Shown: piece by piece, positions 20,893-28,486 of the stretch
How the letters are laid out: each line of letters opens with the position of its first letter
How positions within the stretch are numbered: position 1 is the first letter of the stretch
Origin: Leptospiraceae bacterium
GTDB taxonomy: Bacteria > Spirochaetota > Leptospiria > Leptospirales > Leptonemataceae
Assembly: GCA_040217195.1 (NCBI GenBank)
Contig: JAVJNR010000005.1
Location: forward strand, 320,001 to 384,000
Direction: 5' to 3'
Length of the DNA stretch: 64,000 bases
Notes under the pieces: generated by a model
What the model was told of the DNA's origin: nothing
What the model saw: the letters and a program-made list of their open reading frames with translations, nothing else
Database searches by the model: none
Translations under genes and position numbers: made by a program

Positions 20893-21975
20893 ATGGAGCC
20901 CAGCACCCCGGTCGGCTTTTTCGGGAATTTACATCCAGTCCTCCAGGGTACTAACGTACCTGCCGAAAATGTTACTGTGGCTGTTGCGGAAGAGTACCAG
21001 AGTTATTTACAAAGCTTTAGAACCAACCTTGAGGTAGAAAGAGATCTTTCTCCACACAGTGTCAGAGCCTATCTTTCGGACCTGGAAGAGTTTCTGCTAT
21101 TTCTGCAATCCGAAGATTTGCAACCCGAGCAATGTGATGCCAGGATACTTCGCTCCTTTTTTACAGCTCGCACCGGAGTTGATTTCTCTCGAAATCCTCT
21201 AAAGTCCGATCCACGGGCGGTAACCGGAAAAACAGGTCACAGAAAACTATCGGCCAGAAGTCAGGCCAGAAAACTATCCACACTACGATTGTTCTTTCGT
21301 CAGTTAATGAAGCAGGGTAAGATCAAATCCAATCCAGCCAGAGATTTGCCCTCTCCCAGATTTTATCGCGCTCTTCCTGGAGTACTGCGTCCTGGAGAAC
21401 TGGAAAATGTTCTGGAGGCACCCACATCCACTGAATCCATCGAGCCCAATCGAAGACTGCGCAAAGACGTAGGCGAAGCGGTTAAGTCCAGAGACAGGGC
21501 TATTTTTGAAACACTGTATTCCACAGGTATGCGAATCTCCGAATTATTGTCCCTCAATCTGGACGATGTAGAAAACCTTCCCGATCGAATCAAGATCACA
21601 GGTAAAGGAAGCAAGCAGCGAATTGTATTTGTGGGCGAAGAAGCCAGGCTTGCTCTTGCCCGATACATGAAATTAAGGCCTCAACTACGTCCGGAGAATG
21701 GTGCCCTATTTTGCAACGCCAGGGGCGGTCCACTTACTGATCGTGGAGTGCGCGACCGAATGCAGAAGTATGCCCGCCAGCTCGGTTTGAGCAAATTGCA
21801 TCCACATAAGCTTCGACATTCCTTTGCCACAGATCTATTGAATGAAGGCGCAGACATTCGAGCAGTGCAGGAGATGCTGGGACATAGCAGCCTTTCCACA
21901 ACGCAGATCTATACATCGGTCAGCAAGGACCGTCTCAGGGATATTTATCGCAACTGCCACCCCAGAGGGCATTGA
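20893..21975 (+). CDS. xerC: XerC/XerD-type tyrosine recombinase
   Basis: SAM-like N domain; TGMRISE, GKGSKQR, HPHKLRHSFAT, LGHSSLSTTQIYT; start uncertain. Confidence 0.8.
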   Translation: MEPSTPVGFFGNLHPVLQGTNVPAENVTVAVAEEYQSYLQSFRTNLEVERDLSPHSVRAYLSDLEEFLLFLQSEDLQPEQCDARILRSFFTARTGVDFSRNPLKSDPRAVTGKTGHRKLSARSQARKLSTLRLFFRQLMKQGKIKSNPARDLPSPRFYRALPGVLRPGELENVLEAPTSTESIEPNRRLRKDVGEAVKSRDRAIFETLYSTGMRISELLSLNLDDVENLPDRIKITGKGSKQRIVFVGEEARLALARYMKLRPQLRPENGALFCNARGGPLTDRGVRDRMQKYARQLGLSKLHPHKLRHSFATDLLNEGADIRAVQEMLGHSSLSTTQIYTSVSKDRLRDIYRNCHPRGH

Positions 21976-22235
21976 ATCCTTGCGCGAATAGCTACTCCTG
22001 GCCTGGCTGTCATGGCTTAGGAGGATCACAACCCTTGCTTTGCCCGGCCCGCTGCCAGATACAATCCCGGGCCATAAATAGACCGACCGGACAGAGTGCT
22101 GGGGCCATTAGCTAAGAGATTCCGGTATGAGCCCCGATACACCTGGAGTTACCAGGGCCAGGAGCACAGGACAAAGCCTTATTCTGCTTGTTTTCCTGTA
22201 GACTGTGGAAACTCTGACCTTTTGGAGGGTCCGGA

Positions 22236-22397
22236 ATGTCGGAAGCGGAAGAACAGAAGAAGAATAAGAAAGTCAATCGAATGACTTTGCAAGAGATCAA
22301 TGATGCTCTCAAGAAGACTGAAGAGCATATGAAGGGCAATACAAGTCAGTACGCCCAGGCTCTTCTGGCACGAAAAACAGAGCTAGAAGCGAAATAA
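22236..22397 (+). CDS. Small 53-aa helical protein (below the ORF-track cutoff)
   Basis: GGAGGG RBS; MSEAEEQKKNKKVNRMTLQEINDALKKTEEHMKGNTSQYAQALLARKTELEAK; followed by a hairpin. Confidence 0.75.
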   Translation: MSEAEEQKKNKKVNRMTLQEINDALKKTEEHMKGNTSQYAQALLARKTELEAK

Positions 22398-22398
22398 T

Positions 22399-22422
22399 GC
22401 CAGTGCCCTGAAGGCACTGGCC
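22399..22422 (+). terminator. Stem-loop after the small ORF
   Basis: GCCAGTGCC-CTGAA-GGCACTGGC inverted repeat; weak T tract. Confidence 0.55.
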
Positions 22423-22519
22423 GTTCATTTCTCCGGGGAACCATTTCCGGTCCCATTTTTCATAATATCGGAATGCTGTAGCGTATCTTATTCGAGAGCG
22501 CCCCGGGCTATTTCCCGAA

Positions 22520-22855
22520 CTATCCTAATACATCGAAAAGCTGGCCCGGTTCAGCCATTGTGTTTTCTGTCCTGGGTAGAGGTGCAGTCAAATACAGAAG
22601 CATCTTTATGTCCTGCTCGCTAAGAACCTGTTTCATCCGCTCTTCCAGGGTCGCTCTGGTATGATGCAGTAGAAATTCCGAATCCTTCTTAACCTTCTTG
22701 CTGCTTTCTTCGGCAGCCTCAGGACGTAGAGTCTCTTCTCCGGGACGCCGCATGGGCATTAAATCCGGCTGCTTATGGCTGGAAATCTCCGGACGAATAC
22801 GCTCGGAATTCTGTATATTTGCTGGATTCTGTGATGTTCCTACTGAGCCAACCAT
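22520..22855 (-). CDS. Hypothetical protein, possibly sigma28-dependent
   Basis: GGAGG RBS; 111 aa; C-terminal GQLFDVLG motif. Confidence 0.7.
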   Translation of the reverse strand: MVGSVGTSQNPANIQNSERIRPEISSHKQPDLMPMRRPGEETLRPEAAEESSKKVKKDSEFLLHHTRATLEERMKQVLSEQDIKMLLYLTAPLPRTENTMAEPGQLFDVLG

Positions 22856-23007
22856 ATCAGGCCTCCACTAAATCCTTCGGAAATGGGAGAAAAAACTTAA
22901 CTCGGGGCAAACTGGAATTCCGGCATTTTTGGCCTCTAGAAGCCGGGGTCAGGTATGCTACCTGGTTACTATAGAACACTGAAATTTAAGTTATGTCAAG
23001 TCCGGGA

Positions 23008-24252
23008 TTAGTGTCCGGGACGAAAATCCAGCATCTGAAACATCATATTGGCGCCCTGATCATCCGAGGAGAGTACCCGACCAAATACGGTAATATCCTG
23101 ACCTGCTTCCAGCTCCTTCAATCCATCCATGGTTCCGGTATCTGCTCCGCTGTAGCGCATCAAAACCGATTCATCTCGGTCCCGTAACCTGATCCGCAGA
23201 TCTGCTCCGGTGGATGATGGCCGGGAAGTCTCCACGGATCCCTGCCATAGAAATACAGCATCCCGGTAGCTATAGGGATCATTTTCGATTTCTGCAAGTG
23301 TAACGGAGTCGCTAAACCCATCCATTCTGGGAAGAGGAATGGACTGTCGCAATGTCTTGGCCCTTTCCTTGAATACAAAATCGATGTTCGACCGCTCCAG
23401 CCTTCCCAGGATTTTTCGAGCCTGGTTTACTCTACCATCCTCTATGGCCATCCTGGCTTTTTCGTAATCTTCTACGGCATTATCTTTGGATTCATAGAAA
23501 TACTGAAATTCGCCGGCAGCCTCCGGCAATACCGTGCTGTGACCCGGTGGCCTGGGCAGATCCGAATCCATAAGTGGATCCTCCGAACTACCCAGCATTT
23601 TCCATATCCCCAGAGACAGAAGTACCAGTGCAATAAGTATGGCTCCTCCCAGGGCCAGCCGGGGACCAACTTTACTGGTTGGCGTCGGGTATGGATCCTC
23701 CCCTTCTTTTCGCGCCGGCTTGCCAATTGGCTTCAGTCCTCCTTTACCAGAGGAACCCTGGCTTGCGGTAAGCTGATGATCATCGGACCAATCCGAGCCA
23801 TGACCCTTACGGTTTTCAGGAGCTATGCCTGGAAAGAAATCCAGGATGCCAGCTCTTTTGCGACTGTATTCTGCCAGAGAGTCCGGGGCTTCCTTTATTT
23901 GTTCTATTAATCCGTCGCATCGAGTATCGGATGGATCCAGCTCGAGAATGGAGGTAAGAGTTACCAGTGCTTCTTCCGGCTTTCTGGATTGGAGCTCCAG
24001 ATAGGCCTGGATATAGCGGCTACTCACTGAATCGCCACCCACATCCATCAGCTCCTGGTAGTATCTTCGAGCCTGTTGAATGTGTCCCAGACCAAAAAGA
24101 GAAATGCATGCGAAGTACAGGGACCATGCCCGCTTCTGTGGTATTGAGCTTTCGCTTTTCTGGCTTTCCAGTTCGCTTCTAATTTCGCGAAAGGCCTGAC
24201 TGTATTCGGCCTCTCGGATCAAATTGCGAACCCGCTCTCTATAGGATTCCAT
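23008..24252 (-). CDS. TPR-containing bitopic membrane protein with a C-terminal OB-like domain
   Basis: N-terminal TPR-like helices, one TM segment (LALGGAILIALVLLSLGIW), beta-rich C-terminus. Confidence 0.7.
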   Translation of the reverse strand: MESYRERVRNLIREAEYSQAFREIRSELESQKSESSIPQKRAWSLYFACISLFGLGHIQQARRYYQELMDVGGDSVSSRYIQAYLELQSRKPEEALVTLTSILELDPSDTRCDGLIEQIKEAPDSLAEYSRKRAGILDFFPGIAPENRKGHGSDWSDDHQLTASQGSSGKGGLKPIGKPARKEGEDPYPTPTSKVGPRLALGGAILIALVLLSLGIWKMLGSSEDPLMDSDLPRPPGHSTVLPEAAGEFQYFYESKDNAVEDYEKARMAIEDGRVNQARKILGRLERSNIDFVFKERAKTLRQSIPLPRMDGFSDSVTLAEIENDPYSYRDAVFLWQGSVETSRPSSTGADLRIRLRDRDESVLMRYSGADTGTMDGLKELEAGQDITVFGRVLSSDDQGANMMFQMLDFRPGH

Positions 24253-24273
24253 TCTAATGATTCCTGCTTTTGA

Positions 24274-24783
24274 TCAGGCCAGAGGATCCTTCACCGAAAG
24301 TATGCCTGCACGAACCAGCTGAGATACAAGGGCATCCATGGCCAGTCGATATCCTCCGGTGCCCAGCCCAACGATTATTCCAGAGGCAATATCGCTTAAA
24401 TAGGACTGATGTCTGAAGGATTCCCTGGCATATACATTCGATACATGGACTTCGATAAAAGGTAAGTTAACGGCCAGCAATGCATCTCGAATGGCCACTG
24501 AAGTATGAGTAAAGCCCGCTGCATTGATGAGAAAACCGGCCACCGGTTCCAGTCGGGCCTGCTGGATTCTATCCACAATTCTACCTTCATGGTTGGACTG
24601 AAAATAATCCAGCCTCACTCCCAGGGACCGTCCATGATCTTCCAGCTTCAGGTGAAGTGAGTCCAGAGTATCCGTGCCGTAAATTTCTGTCTCGCGCTCA
24701 CCCAGAAGATTCAGATTCGGGCCCTGCAATACAAGCAGCGTATTCTTTCCCTCTTCTGAATTTCTTGCAGTGAGCTTTTCCAT
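24274..24783 (-). CDS. aroQ: Type II 3-dehydroquinate dehydratase
   Basis: [34 protein letters not shown]. Confidence 0.96.
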   Translation of the reverse strand: MEKLTARNSEEGKNTLLVLQGPNLNLLGERETEIYGTDTLDSLHLKLEDHGRSLGVRLDYFQSNHEGRIVDRIQQARLEPVAGFLINAAGFTHTSVAIRDALLAVNLPFIEVHVSNVYARESFRHQSYLSDIASGIIVGLGTGGYRLAMDALVSQLVRAGILSVKDPLA

Positions 24784-24856
24784 ACCTACAGAGATGTGGC
24801 AAAAGGTCTAAAGATCAAGCGAGAATATGATGCCCGGCTCAGTTGCCTACCCGGGT

Positions 24857-25993
24857 TTAGTTCCATTTATCCTTCTGATCATTCCAGGCGGCCGCAAAAT
24901 CTTCGTAGGATACCGGAACCGAAAGATCCAGACCATCCTTTCCGAACAGAACAAATCGAATCTGACCCTCTACGTTCTTTTTATCATATTTCATATGCTG
25001 CCATAGATCCGATGCTTCCAGACCTGCCGTATCCATGGGAAGGTTCAGACTTTCCATCATTTCCAGGTTCTCCTGGACTAGCTTCGCATCGTAACCCCGG
25101 TTGCCGGACAGAAGAAGAGCCGTAACCAGGCCCCGGCTCACTGCCTGACCATGGGAAAACCGGCCATAATCGGTTAAAGATTCAATTCCATGAGCCGTGG
25201 TATGTCCCAGGTTCAAACAGGCTCTTAGTCCGGCTTCCTTCTCATCTCTGGCAACTACAAAGGCCTTCACTGCCATGGATTCAATGATTCTAGGAGCCAG
25301 AGTCTCTGGATCGCGCACATTACCGGCAGAATGGATCAATGCTTTCCTGAGCTTTCCGGAGGTCTCCAGAGCTGCATGTTTGGCCATCTCCGCCAGACCG
25401 CAGGACCATTCTGTATCGGGTAGAGTTTGAAGAGTATTCAGGTTACACCAGACCAGTCCCGGATGATAGAATGCACCCACCATATTTTTCCCCAGACCGG
25501 TATTTACGGCAACCTTGCCGCCCACGGAAGAATCCACCATGGCAAGCAATGTGGTGGGAATCTGAATAAAGGGAATTCCTCTGAGAATGGTTGCCGCTAC
25601 AAATCCTGCAAAGTCGCCCACAACTCCTCCTCCAAGAGCCAGAATGATACTTCTTCGATCCACACCTCTTTCTATGAGGGAATTATACACCGGACCCAGA
25701 TGATCCAGATGTTTGGACGATTCTCCACCGGGAAAAGATATGGTATGGCAGGGTACGGAAACCTCCAGTGCGGATTCCAGATTCCCGGCTATGTTCAAAA
25801 GCTTCTTTTCTGTCAGGATAAATACCCGGGACGGATTCATTGCCTGCAGCCGCTCTTTCAGAGTTGGCCCTCCCTGCAAAGGATTACAGAAGTCATGGGA
25901 TAGAATGATAGAGTATTCGCTGGAAACGGTTTCTTCGCTTCCGGGCTTTAGATGTAGACGATCCGACTCAAATGGTTCGGTGGAGATTTCCAT
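24857..25993 (-). CDS. aroB: 3-dehydroquinate synthase
   Basis: GGGVVGDFAGF, PTTLLAMVDSSVGGK, LNLGHT, HGQAV. Confidence 0.96.
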   Translation of the reverse strand: MEISTEPFESDRLHLKPGSEETVSSEYSIILSHDFCNPLQGGPTLKERLQAMNPSRVFILTEKKLLNIAGNLESALEVSVPCHTISFPGGESSKHLDHLGPVYNSLIERGVDRRSIILALGGGVVGDFAGFVAATILRGIPFIQIPTTLLAMVDSSVGGKVAVNTGLGKNMVGAFYHPGLVWCNLNTLQTLPDTEWSCGLAEMAKHAALETSGKLRKALIHSAGNVRDPETLAPRIIESMAVKAFVVARDEKEAGLRACLNLGHTTAHGIESLTDYGRFSHGQAVSRGLVTALLLSGNRGYDAKLVQENLEMMESLNLPMDTAGLEASDLWQHMKYDKKNVEGQIRFVLFGKDGLDLSVPVSYEDFAAAWNDQKDKWN

Positions 25994-26155
25994 GATTCCA
26001 TTTCGCAACCAGGGCCGGGCACTACAACAAAAACCTGTCCGAACATTGTCTGCCACCAAACTCTCTGACTTTGATAATCCAATCGATGGTCCACAGGTCT
26101 GACCTTTAACAAGCAGAAAGCGGCGGATATTCCAGCATCAGATCCCCTGAGCGGA

Positions 26156-26881
26156 TCAGGGATCGCGTAATTTTTCCAGCGCTCTCTGGGCCGCTTGCTG
26201 TTCCGCCCTTTTACGAGAGCTACCCTGCCCTCGAGCAATCTCCAGCCCCTGCACCATGACTCTGCAGGTGAATTCCCGTTTATGGTCCGGTCCACCCTGT
26301 CCTACAAGTTCGTAGACCGGTATGGTATGGCTTCGTTTTTGAATCATTTCCTGCAATGCAGACTTTGGATCCAGAGCTTTTCCAGGTTTGCTCAAGGACT
26401 CAATCTTTTTCTGTAACAGGTTCAGTACAAACTTTCGCGTGGTAGAAATCCCGCGATCCAGATAGATACCTGCGATTAATGCTTCAAATCCGTCTGCCAG
26501 ATTGGACGGTCTACGGGCCCCACCGCTGTTTCGCTCACCGCGACTCATTCTCAGAACGGATCCAAGACGAATAGCACGGGCCGCTCCGGAAAGAGTCTTT
26601 TCTGATACAGCTGCAGACTTGATTCTGGCCAGCATTCCTTCCTGATAATCCGGATATTTTCTATAAAGGAATTCGTTTACAATGAAACCAAGAACAGAGT
26701 CACCCAGGTACTCCAGTCTTTGATTATCTTTCTGGGATCGGCCTGGTTCTTTCGCAAATGAGCTGTGAGTGAGGGATTGGTTTAGTAGCTTGAGATCCTT
26801 AAATCTAATGCCGTTTCGCTCGCAGAACTCCTGCAATTCTTTGATTCTGGCGGGCTCGAGCGGCCCTTCAGAACGACTCAT
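26156..26881 (-). CDS. rnc: Ribonuclease III
   Basis: NQRLEYLGDSVL, DGFEALIAGIYLD, C-terminal dsRBD. Confidence 0.97.
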   Translation of the reverse strand: MSRSEGPLEPARIKELQEFCERNGIRFKDLKLLNQSLTHSSFAKEPGRSQKDNQRLEYLGDSVLGFIVNEFLYRKYPDYQEGMLARIKSAAVSEKTLSGAARAIRLGSVLRMSRGERNSGGARRPSNLADGFEALIAGIYLDRGISTTRKFVLNLLQKKIESLSKPGKALDPKSALQEMIQKRSHTIPVYELVGQGGPDHKREFTCRVMVQGLEIARGQGSSRKRAEQQAAQRALEKLRDP

Positions 26882-26971
26882 TACGGGGCTCCAGTTAGAT
26901 TGATAGGCGGGATATCAAACACTTTGTCAGTGAATTACAGAGCATTGCGCCTGCAAAGAGAGAAAAATAGT

Positions 26972-27051
26972 GAAGAAGGCCGGTTATCTTCTCAATTGTT
27001 CAATGGCCCGGAGGCTTAACTGAGAATTGAGGCGGATAAACGGCCTCCTTC
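26972..27051 (-). promoter_or_regulatory. Long imperfect stem-loop between acpP and rnc (candidate RNase III site or attenuator)
   Basis: GAAGAAGGCCGGTTATCTTCTCAATT pairs with AATTGAGGCGGATAAACGGCCTCCTTC. Confidence 0.6.
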
Positions 27052-27074
27052 CAAATGTTTTCCAGTTACCTGGA

Positions 27075-27311
27075 TTAGCTTTGATGTTCTTCGATGTATT
27101 TGATTACATCACCAACAGTCTGGATCTTTTCAGCGTCTTCGTCAGAGATTTCAACACCGAATTCTTCTTCTAGAGCCATTACCAGCTCTACAGTGTCCAG
27201 AGAGTCAGCACCAAGGTCATCGATGAAGTGAGCCTCGGGAGTAACTTCGCTTTCGTCAACTCCGAGCTGTTCTACGATGATACCTTTTACTTTTTCCAGC
27301 AAATCAGCCAT
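27075..27311 (-). CDS. acpP: Acyl carrier protein
   Basis: [27 protein letters not shown]. Confidence 0.98.
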   Translation of the reverse strand: MADLLEKVKGIIVEQLGVDESEVTPEAHFIDDLGADSLDTVELVMALEEEFGVEISDEDAEKIQTVGDVIKYIEEHQS

Positions 27312-27433
27312 GATTTTGCTCCATTCTTTAAGATTCTTTAGATTCGCTATGCGAATCGGCACTCGCAACCTTCACTGAGGCCATCTTCGACGCAAGTGGA
27401 AAAATGAAAAAATTTCCGAACCGGTGGTTTTTT

Positions 27434-28186
27434 TTACTCCGGACGGAAACCCCCTCCATTTATGTCGAGTACATGAGCCGTAATGAAAGATGCCATGTCC
27501 GAGCATAGAAAGGCTACACCGTTTGCTATGTCCAGAGGTTCTCCAGCGCGACCGAGAGGAATTTTCTTCACCATCTCATCACGGATTTTATCCGGAATGG
27601 CATCCGTCATATCGGTCTTTACAAATCCGGGGGCGATCGCATTGCATCGAATTCCCCGAGAAGAGCCTTCCAGGGCCACAGTCTTGGTAAAACCGATCAC
27701 ACCGGCCTTGGAGGCAGAATAATTGGCCTGCCCCGGATTTCCATTCTCACCAGCGATGGAGCTGATGTTAACAATGCTACCGGAACGAGCTTTCATCATT
27801 TGCTTGAAAGCTGCCTGGGTGCAGAGGTAGGTACCGGTCAGGTTTACGGCAATGACTGCATCCCATTGCTCCTTTTTCATTCTCATCAGCAGGGTATCTT
27901 TGGTGATTCCTGCATTGTTCACTAGAATATCGATCTTTCCCAGAGTGGAAATGCAAGTTTCGATAAGCTGCTCAGCAGGCTCTTGCTGTGAAATATCCCC
28001 GGCAAAATGCCCGGTTTTGACTCCGCGGGAAGATGCAATCTCTTCTGCTGCCTTTTTGGCTGCATCGTCATTGATATCGTTAATGATTATGTCGGCTCCA
28101 AGTTCAGCCAGTCGGTCTGCAATGGCATACCCAATTCCACGAGCAGATCCGGTTACCACAGCGGCTTTTCCTTTCAGATCAACCAT
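27434..28186 (-). CDS. fabG: 3-oxoacyl-ACP reductase
   Basis: TGSARGIG, NNAGITKD, YSASK; adjacent to acpP. Confidence 0.95.
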   Translation of the reverse strand: MVDLKGKAAVVTGSARGIGYAIADRLAELGADIIINDINDDAAKKAAEEIASSRGVKTGHFAGDISQQEPAEQLIETCISTLGKIDILVNNAGITKDTLLMRMKKEQWDAVIAVNLTGTYLCTQAAFKQMMKARSGSIVNISSIAGENGNPGQANYSASKAGVIGFTKTVALEGSSRGIRCNAIAPGFVKTDMTDAIPDKIRDEMVKKIPLGRAGEPLDIANGVAFLCSDMASFITAHVLDINGGGFRPE

Positions 28187-28486
28187 GATATTCTCCTATT
28201 TTTTGATTGGTCAGGGTTACCAGAGCGATTATTGGGTCAAGCAAGCAAAGAGTCGCATAATTGTAATTTCCCTCCATAGAATTGGAACCCTGCTCGTCCG
28301 ATAATAAATCTATCTGCCAGTGGGTCCTGGGTGTATCTTTCGCTACAGATACAAAAATCTGGGCAAAAGGACCGCCAGTCGAGAAAATGGTCATGCGCAC
28401 AGGCGGATTGCATTACCCGAGAAATATACAGGGGATGATCCGGAAGATCGTCAAATTTCTTCCGGTTAGAGCGAAAAGGTAGAAAA

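Noticed and set aside
20893..21975. Phage or ICE integrase marking a mobile element
   Set aside because: Motifs and length are XerC/D-like; no att repeats, tRNA, phage or conjugation genes nearby
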